A program made the translations under genes and the position numbers. Shown one piece after another: positions 1 through 5,321 of a DNA stretch of 5,660 nucleotides. Numbering within the stretch: position 1 is the stretch's first letter; each line of letters begins with the position of its first letter. The notes below the pieces were generated by a model. It was not told where the DNA came from, searched no databases, and saw nothing but the letters and a program-made list of their open reading frames with translations. Source of the DNA: a virus; the IMG/VR virus record IMGVR_UViG_3300045988_000102, positions 1-5,660 of that record; one strand, given 5' to 3'.

Positions 1-111
1 CGTAAGAAGATGAACGGCGCAAAAGACCGCCGTATGTTCAACGTAACCGCACGCAAAACCAAAACTATCAACCTCAGCCAAAAACCCATGCGTGGGGGCA
101 TCCGGCTGTAA
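1..111 (+). CDS. 3' portion (codons 5-40 plus stop) of the small basic J/VP8-like protein. Duplicate of 5542..5652, truncated by the window edge.
   Basis: Same sequence and frame as the complete ORF 5530..5652, with TAA at 109..111. Confidence 0.6.
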   Translation, partial: RKKMNGAKDRRMFNVTARKTKTINLSQKPMRGGIRL

Positions 112-119
112 AAAAAAAG
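1..119. repeat. Terminal redundancy: exact copy of 5542..5660, the signature of a circular genome linearised with overlap
   Basis: Base-by-base comparison shows 1..119 identical to 5542..5660. The offset of 5541 nt is the unit genome length. Confidence 0.95.
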
Positions 120-129
120 GAGCAAAACA

Positions 130-369
130 ATGAAACACAACTATTACGGTATCTGGGACAATGTAGCAAAGTGCTATGCATGGGTAGGTGAAAACAAAAA
201 CGATGCAACCTTTGCAAGAATGTGCAACGTAATGGCAAAGGACGAAAAGACCTTCATCGGACAGAGCCCACAGGACTACATCGGGTACAAACTGGCAGAA
301 TTCGAGGACGAAACAGGACTTTTTCAGAACGGGAAAGAGAAAGTATGGGAGGGCAAGCCAAATGAATAA
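130..369 (+). CDS. VP5: Gokushovirus VP5-like small non-structural protein (79 aa)
   Basis: SD AAGGAG at 117..122 lies 7 nt before the ATG at 130. Size and position (directly upstream of the scaffold and capsid genes) fit VP5. The motif pattern also fits: an aromatic-xxxD N-terminus and ...PQDYIGYKLAEFEDETGLF..., resembling the P-x-DY...G-x-FD-x-x-TG signature as I recall it. The 3' end overlaps the next gene by 8 nt. Confidence 0.6.
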   Translation: MKHNYYGIWDNVAKCYAWVGENKNDATFARMCNVMAKDEKTFIGQSPQDYIGYKLAEFEDETGLFQNGKEKVWEGKPNE

Positions 370-772
370 ACGATACGAGGAAGGGCGTAAGCCCTTCTTT
401 TCAAATCCGGGTGAAAACGAACGGAAGCAATACGTTGTGGCAAAAAACGAAAACGGAGAAGAGTATCTGCAGGAAACCGAAAATATCGACATCCAAGCAG
501 AAATCGAAAGCTATGCAGACGAGTGCGACATTAAAAATATCGTGCGAAAAGCAAGTTTCGACCCGCAGTTTCTGAAAAGCCTGTCACAAGGCGCACTAAC
601 CACAGAGGAAACGCCTGTAACAGATATAACGGAATTTCCACAGAATATCCACGAATATCACCAAATGATGGCAACGGCACAAACAAAAGCAATGGAGCTA
701 GCAAAGCTGCAAGAGATGGCAAAAGCAGAGCCTAACCCGAAAACCGAAGTAAAGGAAGAAGAAATGGAATGA
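362..772 (+). CDS. VP3: Internal scaffolding protein, VP3-like (136 aa)
   Basis: GGAGG at 348..352 lies 9 nt before the ATG. The motif ESYADECDIKNIVRK resembles the conserved S-x-x-x-E-C-D-I-N-x-I block of gokushovirus scaffold proteins, and the C-terminus is acidic. The gene sits immediately upstream of VP1 and is coupled to it by an ATGA overlap. Confidence 0.65.
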   Translation: MNKRYEEGRKPFFSNPGENERKQYVVAKNENGEEYLQETENIDIQAEIESYADECDIKNIVRKASFDPQFLKSLSQGALTTEETPVTDITEFPQNIHEYHQMMATAQTKAMELAKLQEMAKAEPNPKTEVKEEEME

Positions 773-2463
773 ACAGAAACAATGAAAGACACTTTCTAAA
801 CGCGCCACAGATGCACACAAGCAGAACACGTTTTAACCGTGACCAAACAATCTTAACAACGTTCGACAGCGGGAAACTTATCCCGTTTTTCGTGGATGAA
901 GTATTGCCGGGCGACACTTTCCAAGTTGACACAAGCGCGATAATCCGAATGACTACTCCTAAATATCCGGTCATGGACGATGCTTTCATCGACTTCTACT
1001 ATTTCTACTGTCCAAACCGTATCTTGTGGACACACTTCAAACACTTCATGGGAGAAACTGAATACAAACCATGGGTGTACGATGAAGTAAAAAAAGTTCC
1101 ACAGATTGAAATCAGGGGCACAGAAGAAAAACCACAGCCTATAGAAAATTCAATCCTAGACTATATGGGCGTACCAACAAAAATCAAAGGCAAATTCCAA
1201 ATCAACGCACTGCCTATACGAGCATACGTGAGAATATGGAACGAATTTTTTCGTGACCAGAACGTAGACAACTGGGCGTGGTGGACTGATTTAGACGATC
1301 TAAAGCTTTATACAGACGATGGAGACACTTCAACAATGGAACAAATCCTGAACAGAGCGGAAGGCGGTGGACGATGCCTACCGGTAAACAAGTTCCATGA
1401 CTACTTCACAAGCTGTCTCCCATATCCGCAAAGAGGACCTGAAGTTACATTACCGTTAGCAGGAAATGCAGCGGTAAACCTGTTTAGCGACCAAGAGCTA
1501 ACAGAAAAAATGTCAACGAGCAACGATGGTGAAATCTACCTAAACAGCACAGTAACAGGAAATAACACATCGGTACCAATGATGTCAAACTGGCCAACCG
1601 CAGCAAATCCCGCGCATCCGGTTCTAGTAAACGGAGCAAAAAGCGATACAGACACAAGCGGATACCGTGCAGGATTCTTGGGTGCAGACCTAGCAAGTGT
1701 AACCGCAACAACAATCAACGACTTACGAAAAGCAGTAGCAGTGCAGCAGTATTACGAAGCGCTTGCAAGAGGTGGCAGCAGATACCGCGAACAGATACAG
1801 GCACTATGGAACGTCACAATCAGCGACAAAACGGTACAGATTCCCGAATACTTGGGTGGTGGACGCTACCACGTCAACATGAATCAGATTATTCAGACGA
1901 GCGGGCAGCAGAGCGCAACAGATACGCCCATTGGTGAAACTGGCGCAATGTCAGTAACACCGGTGAACGAAAGCAGTTTCACAAAATCGTTCGAGGAACA
2001 CGGCTTTGTAATTGGTGTTATGTGTGTACGCCATAGCAGAAGCTACCAGCAGGGGCTTGAGCATTTCTGGAGCAGGCTTGACAGACTCGACTACTACGTA
2101 CCGCAGTTTGCAAACCTAGGCGAACAACCGGTAAAGAAAAAAGAAATCATGATGACCGCAACAGCAACAGACGATGAAACGTTTGGCTATCAGGAAGCAT
2201 GGGCAGATTACCGGATGAAACCGAACCGTGTAAGCGGACTTATGAGAAGCAACGCAACGGGAACGCTAGACTTCTGGCACTATGCAGACAACTACGACAC
2301 GGTACCAACACTGTCGCAAGGTTGGATGAAGGAAGGGAAAGCCGAAATCGCAAGAACACTAATTGTGCAGAACGAGCCACAGTTTTTCGGAGCAATCCGA
2401 GTAGCGAACAAGACCACACGTTGTATGCCATTGTATAGCGTGCCAGGGCTGGAAAAACTGTAA
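769..2463 (+). CDS. VP1: Major capsid protein VP1 (Microviridae F-protein family), 564 aa
   Basis: Hallmark N-terminal block SRTRFNRDQTILTTFDSGKLIPFFVDEVLPGDTF. Conserved core INDLRKAVAVQQYYEALARGGSRYREQIQALW...IPEYLGGG. Length is typical of gokushovirus VP1. The start codon overlaps the VP3 stop (ATGA at 769..772). Confidence 0.95.
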   Translation: MNRNNERHFLNAPQMHTSRTRFNRDQTILTTFDSGKLIPFFVDEVLPGDTFQVDTSAIIRMTTPKYPVMDDAFIDFYYFYCPNRILWTHFKHFMGETEYKPWVYDEVKKVPQIEIRGTEEKPQPIENSILDYMGVPTKIKGKFQINALPIRAYVRIWNEFFRDQNVDNWAWWTDLDDLKLYTDDGDTSTMEQILNRAEGGGRCLPVNKFHDYFTSCLPYPQRGPEVTLPLAGNAAVNLFSDQELTEKMSTSNDGEIYLNSTVTGNNTSVPMMSNWPTAANPAHPVLVNGAKSDTDTSGYRAGFLGADLASVTATTINDLRKAVAVQQYYEALARGGSRYREQIQALWNVTISDKTVQIPEYLGGGRYHVNMNQIIQTSGQQSATDTPIGETGAMSVTPVNESSFTKSFEEHGFVIGVMCVRHSRSYQQGLEHFWSRLDRLDYYVPQFANLGEQPVKKKEIMMTATATDDETFGYQEAWADYRMKPNRVSGLMRSNATGTLDFWHYADNYDTVPTLSQGWMKEGKAEIARTLIVQNEPQFFGAIRVANKTTRCMPLYSVPGLEKL

Positions 2464-2473
2464 GAAAGGAGGA

Positions 2474-2503
2474 AGCCCGGGCAAAAACCCGGGCTATTTT
2501 TAA
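2474..2503 (+). terminator. Intrinsic-terminator-like hairpin between VP1 and VP2 (candidate attenuator)
   Basis: Perfect 8-bp stem AGCCCGGG (2474..2481) / CCCGGGCT (2488..2495) with loop CAAAAA, followed by ATTTTTAA (2496..2503). It begins 11 nt after the VP1 stop. Confidence 0.6.
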
Positions 2504-3349
2504 ATGTCAATACTAGGAACAATCGGAACAGCCGGAAAAGCGATAGGGGGCTGGCTTGCAAATAATCCACAAGTCGTAACAAGCGCACTGACACTGGCGG
2601 GAAAAGGACTATCAAGCCAATTCGGACAGAAGTCAGACAGCCAAAGCAGCGGATGGAATCAAAGCCAAAGCCAAGGCGCTGGCACAAGCTCGTCAAGCAG
2701 CGAAAGTGGCACAAACGACAAACAAATCATGGAATACCTAGATAGGTTCTATGGATGGCAAGGCGGGCAAAATGCTTTTCAAAGCAAAACAAACCGACAA
2801 AATATGCTTATGCAGATGGGCTACAACACACTAGGAGCTATCCAGCAAGGCGTATATAACGCAATAGAACGGAACACGGCAATGCAGTACAACAGCGCAG
2901 AAGCGCTTGCAAACAGGAACTTCCAAGAGCGCATGAGCAGCACAGCATACCAGAGAGCCGTAGAGGATATGCGGAAAGCCGGACTAAATCCGATTCTAGC
3001 ATACGCGCAAGGCGGTGCAAGCACACCGGGAGGATCAGGAGCAACAATCACAGGCGCGAGCATGGGAATGCCATCAGCAAGCGCACTAGGAGTATCTGCA
3101 ATGAGTGGCAATGTGCCGAACAGCTATTACAGCCGGTCAGAAAGTCAAGCACAATGGTATCAGCTTGCAGAAGCCGTGGGCAGTCAGCTAAGCACAAGCC
3201 ACAGCAGCCCAACAGCACTTGTGAACGACCTATTAAAAACGTACAACGCCATGGAAAAGACGGAAGCTACAGTACCAAGCATGGGCGGTGGAAAAGCCGG
3301 CGGTGGAGCAGGCAGAAAAAAGAAAGGACAGGGAGGTGGAGGATACTAA
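2504..3349 (+). CDS. VP2: Minor capsid / DNA pilot protein VP2 (281 aa)
   Basis: Gly-rich hydrophobic N-terminus MSILGTIGTAGKAIGGWLA. S/Q-rich low-complexity linker. Conserved block ERMSSTAYQRAVEDMRKAGLNPILAY, typical of gokushovirus VP2. Gly/Lys-rich C-terminal tail. An in-frame TAA immediately precedes the ATG, so no upstream start is possible. Confidence 0.9.
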   Translation: MSILGTIGTAGKAIGGWLANNPQVVTSALTLAGKGLSSQFGQKSDSQSSGWNQSQSQGAGTSSSSSESGTNDKQIMEYLDRFYGWQGGQNAFQSKTNRQNMLMQMGYNTLGAIQQGVYNAIERNTAMQYNSAEALANRNFQERMSSTAYQRAVEDMRKAGLNPILAYAQGGASTPGGSGATITGASMGMPSASALGVSAMSGNVPNSYYSRSESQAQWYQLAEAVGSQLSTSHSSPTALVNDLLKTYNAMEKTEATVPSMGGGKAGGGAGRKKKGQGGGGY

Positions 3350-4369
3350 ATGAGTTGTTACAAGCCATTAATAAGGCTGTACAACCCGAACAATAAAGAA
3401 GTAAGCGGGAGAGTATATTCACTCTCCCGCTATTCTCAGTTAGCAGGGAAACAGCTAAAATATGAAGATTTGATGTACAGAAAAGATGTCATGTTGATAC
3501 CATGCGGACAATGCATCGGATGTAGAATCAGACAGCGCGAGGACTGGACAACGCGCATAGAACTGGAAGCTAGAGATTATCCGAAAGAAGAAGTATGGTT
3601 TATTACACTAACCTATGATGACGAACACGTGCCGGGAATGATAGTCAAGACAGGCGAAATCATGCGAAAGGTTCAATACGTTTGGAAGCCGGGTGAAAAG
3701 CGTCCTGAAAGCGTCCAAACGTTGCTGTATACTGACGTTCAAAGATTCTTAAAACGTCTCAGGAAGGCTTACAGGGGCAAATTACGCTATTTCGTAGCGG
3801 GAGAATACGGAGAGCAGACAGCAAGACCGCATTACCACATGATACTGTATGGATGGCGACCGACAGACCTAGAGAATCTATACAAGATACACCACAACGG
3901 ATACTATACCAGTAAATGGCTAGTAGACCTATGGGGCATGGGTCAGATACAGATAGCGCAAGCAGTGCCGGAAACATATAGATACGTTGCAGGATATGTA
4001 ACCAAAAAAATGTATGAAATAGATGGAAAAAAAGAGAATGAATATTATGAACTAGGACAACAAAAGCCGTTCGCTTGTATGAGCCTTAAACCGGGTCTTG
4101 GAGATAACTATTACCAAAAAAACAAAACAAAAATCTGGAAACAAGGATACATCCAGTGTACAAACGGAAAACACGCACAAATACCGCGCTATTACGAAAA
4201 AATGATGGAAGCCGAAAACCCACAAAGATTGTGGAGAATTAAACAGAACAGACAAGCAGCAGCAATAGATGCAAACCGTAAAAGATACGAAAACACAGAC
4301 TTTGCAGAGCAATGTAAGACGAAAGAAAGAGTAATCAAAAAGCAGATGAAGAAGAGAGGGACACTTTAA
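3350..4369 (+). CDS. VP4: Replication initiator VP4 (HUH rolling-circle endonuclease, phiX174 A-protein family), 339 aa
   Basis: Motif I FITLTY. HUH motif PHYHMILY, with HYH encoded at 3830..3838. Double-tyrosine catalytic motif YVAGYVTKK (Tyr codons at 3983 and 3995), compare phiX174 YVAKYVNKK. Cys cluster CGQCIGC. Tandem GGAGG SD ends 7 nt before the ATG, and the ATG directly abuts the VP2 stop (TAAATG). Confidence 0.93.
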   Translation: MSCYKPLIRLYNPNNKEVSGRVYSLSRYSQLAGKQLKYEDLMYRKDVMLIPCGQCIGCRIRQREDWTTRIELEARDYPKEEVWFITLTYDDEHVPGMIVKTGEIMRKVQYVWKPGEKRPESVQTLLYTDVQRFLKRLRKAYRGKLRYFVAGEYGEQTARPHYHMILYGWRPTDLENLYKIHHNGYYTSKWLVDLWGMGQIQIAQAVPETYRYVAGYVTKKMYEIDGKKENEYYELGQQKPFACMSLKPGLGDNYYQKNKTKIWKQGYIQCTNGKHAQIPRYYEKMMEAENPQRLWRIKQNRQAAAIDANRKRYENTDFAEQCKTKERVIKKQMKKRGTL

Positions 4370-4387
4370 CAGTGCCATGGTGTCACC

Positions 4388-4430
4388 TAGCCCAGTACCT
4401 ATCAAGTAAAGGTACTGGGCTATTAGTTTA
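4388..4430 (+). terminator. Strong hairpin after VP4: likely the main transcription terminator, alternatively an ssDNA structural element
   Basis: Perfect 12-bp stem TAGCCCAGTACC (4388..4399) / GGTACTGGGCTA (4411..4422) with an 11-nt loop, followed by T-containing TTAGTTTAT. It begins 19 nt after the VP4 stop. Confidence 0.6.
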
Positions 4431-4484
4431 TCAAGCGTGCAAAAACGCTATTATATAACTTGTTGTAGCCGTAGTAGTAGGGAA

Positions 4485-4659
4485 TGTGGAAAAGTTGAAA
4501 AACAATAAAATTTAACGTTAAAGCGTAAATAAAAGAACAAAAAACATGTTGAAAATATTGTTAATAAATTGTTGAAATGTTGAAAGTTAGTCAAAATGAC
4601 GAAAAACATTGTGCAATATTTTGTGGAAAACCTGTTGAAACTGTTGAAACTGTTGAAAA
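4485..4659 (+). repeat. Array of eight same-orientation 9-mers TGT(T/G)GAAAN (iteron-like / DnaA-box-like)
   Basis: Copies: 4485..4493 TGTGGAAAA, 4547..4555 TGTTGAAAA, 4570..4578 TGTTGAAAT, 4578..4586 TGTTGAAAG, 4622..4630 TGTGGAAAA, 4633..4641 TGTTGAAAC, 4642..4650 TGTTGAAAC, 4651..4659 TGTTGAAAA. There is also a partial copy AGTTGAAAA at 4493..4501. All lie in a non-coding region. Confidence 0.85.
4632..4658 (+). repeat. Perfect tandem repeat (CTGTTGAAA) x3
   Basis: Read directly: 4632..4640, 4641..4649 and 4650..4658 are identical 9-mers with no spacer. Confidence 0.95.
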
Positions 4660-4733
4660 CGCGCAAGCGCGCAAGGAATGGATTTAGCCGAATTCCGCTG
4701 CGCTCCATACGGCAAGGCGCTAAAGCGCCATTC
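4660..4733 (+). promoter_or_regulatory. GC-rich structured island directly after the iterons (candidate origin or primosome-assembly element)
   Basis: Tandem CGCGCAAG x2 (4660..4675). Imperfect palindrome AGCcGAATTCcGCT (4686..4699). Hairpin GGCGC-TAAA-GCGCC (4716..4729). Alternative long-range pairing GAATGG (4676..4681) / CCATTC (4728..4733). The island stands out sharply from the flanking A-rich sequence. Confidence 0.45.
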
Positions 4734-4751
4734 AAAACAAAAGAAAAAAAT

Positions 4752-4780
4752 TTGACAACGCCAAAAAAGGATGGTAAAAT
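4752..4780 (+). promoter_or_regulatory. Near-consensus sigma70-type promoter with extended -10
   Basis: -35 TTGACA (4752..4757), 17-nt spacer, TGg extended -10 (4772..4774) and -10 TAAAAT (4775..4780). An A-tract at 4735..4750 resembles an UP element. The expected transcription start is near 4787. Confidence 0.6.
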
Positions 4781-4806
4781 CAAAAATAGAAAGCGAGGTG
4801 AACAGA

Positions 4807-5199
4807 ATGATAAAAAGCTATATCATGGACACAGACGCAAACGAAAAAGTTGGACAGCACTTCAAAGTAAAAGAATTTGCTTGTAAAGACGGTTCTCAAG
4901 TGGTATTCATAGACGACCATTTAGTATCAATTCTGGAAATCCTCAGAAATCAAATCGGAAAACCGGTACACATAAACAGCGGTTACAGAACACCGACAAG
5001 AAACAAAGAAGTAGGAGGTGCAAAATACAGCTATCACATGAGAGGTATGGCAGCTGACATCAGGGTAAACGGCATGAACGCAAAAGAAATTGCCAACAAA
5101 CTAAATGCAATTGTGTCGCCGGATGAATGCGGTATCATCGTATACAAAAGCTGGGTGCACTTAGACACTAGATACAAAAAATACAGAAAGGGGGTTTGA
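4807..5199 (+). CDS. Zinc D,D-/L,D-peptidase of the M15 type (Peptidase_M15_3-like, LAS fold), a candidate peptidoglycan hydrolase/endolysin. 130 aa from ATG 4807; the ORF is open from ATG 4771 (142 aa).
   Basis: Motifs FKVKEFACKDG, INSGYRTPTRNKEVGGAKYSYHMRGMAADI and WVHLDTR give an H-x6-D...H-x-D zinc-ligand pattern (numbering from ATG 4771: His89 codon 5035..5037, Asp96, His130). Start 4807 is preferred because AGGTGA (4796..4801) lies 5 nt upstream. ATG 4771 lies inside the predicted promoter and its only SD-like match (AAGGA) directly abuts the ATG, with no spacer. Confidence 0.8.
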   Translation: MIKSYIMDTDANEKVGQHFKVKEFACKDGSQVVFIDDHLVSILEILRNQIGKPVHINSGYRTPTRNKEVGGAKYSYHMRGMAADIRVNGMNAKEIANKLNAIVSPDECGIIVYKSWVHLDTRYKKYRKGV

Positions 5200-5201
5200 A
5201 A

Positions 5202-5306
5202 ATGGCACTAGTAAGCCTGAAAGACATCAAACAGGCAATCGCAGTAATGCGGGAGATTCTCGAAAAACTGGATGAAATTTACCACGTACTGCACGACAAG
5301 AGCTAA
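5202..5306 (+). CDS. Hypothetical 34-aa protein (MALVSLKDIKQAIAVMREILEKLDEIYHVLHDKS)
   Basis: Not in the ORF track because it is too short. SD AAGGGGG (5188..5194) lies 7 nt before the ATG at 5202, inside the 3' end of the peptidase gene. It exactly fills the gap between two genes. Translation suggests an amphipathic helix with no transmembrane segment. Confidence 0.4.
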   Translation: MALVSLKDIKQAIAVMREILEKLDEIYHVLHDKS

Positions 5307-5321
5307 GAAAGGAGAACAACA

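Noticed and set aside
1-119. Terminal repeats as biological LTR/att-type direct repeats of an integrated element
   Set aside because: The repeat starts in mid-codon of a gene and ends inside an SD, and no flanking non-phage sequence is present. Circular-genome overlap is the simpler explanation.
2199-2438. 79-aa + strand ORF embedded out of frame in the 3' end of VP1 (possible phiX174-style overlapping gene)
   Set aside because: It has only a marginal, badly spaced AGGA upstream. Its product is a basic low-complexity string with no transmembrane segment, so it is not E-like. Nothing distinguishes it from a chance open frame. Conservation and codon-position analysis in relatives would be needed.
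3154-3396. 80-aa + strand ORF overlapping the VP2 3' end and the VP4 start
   Set aside because: It has no SD. Its extremely basic R/K/S composition is explained by frame-shifted reading of the GGN/AAR-rich VP2 tail, and it shows no recognisable motif.
4451-4465. AACTTG (4457..4462) next to AT-rich ATTATATA, reminiscent of the phiX174 origin core CAACTTG/ATATTAATAAC cleaved by protein A
   Set aside because: It is only a 6-mer match, the AT-rich part is on the opposite side compared with phiX174, and a given hexamer is not rare in ~400 nt. It cannot be told apart from coincidence without a VP4 nicking assay.
4511-4522. Perfect 12-nt palindrome TTTAACGTTAAA. The overlapping ATTTAACGTTA resembles the reverse complement of the XerD arm of dif (ATTTAACATAA), which raises the idea of a dif-like Xer integration site as reported for some enterobacterial gokushovirus prophages.
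   Set aside because: Only one arm matches partially (9 of 11). The would-be XerC arm and central region show no similarity, and in A/T-rich sequence such a match is plausibly chance. It is worth a formal dif-profile scan but is not supportable by eye.
4632-4658. Whether the tandem repeats could be a mini CRISPR array
   Set aside because: The units are 9 nt, directly abutting with no spacers, which is far too short. The context (no cas genes, a 5.5-kb microvirus) is wrong.
4577-4687. 36-aa ORF (MLKVSQNDEKHCAIFCGKPVETVETVENAQARKEWI) inside the iteron array
   Set aside because: It has no ribosome-binding site, and its VETVETVE repeat is just the translated 9-mer tandem repeat. It lies upstream of the predicted promoter in a probably untranscribed gap.
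4771-4806. ATG 4771 as the peptidase start (the 142-aa version given in the ORF track)
   Set aside because: Its only SD-like match (AAGGA) directly abuts the ATG with no spacer, and the codon lies within the spacer/-10 of the predicted promoter. The extra 12 residues precede the conserved domain. It remains a possible alternative if transcripts read through from upstream.
4596-4886. 96-aa + strand ORF running from the intergenic iterons into the peptidase gene
   Set aside because: It has no SD. It reads straight through the tandem repeats (giving LLKLLKLLK), the GC-rich island and the predicted promoter, then overlaps the peptidase out of frame. Its K/R-rich product is a composition artefact.
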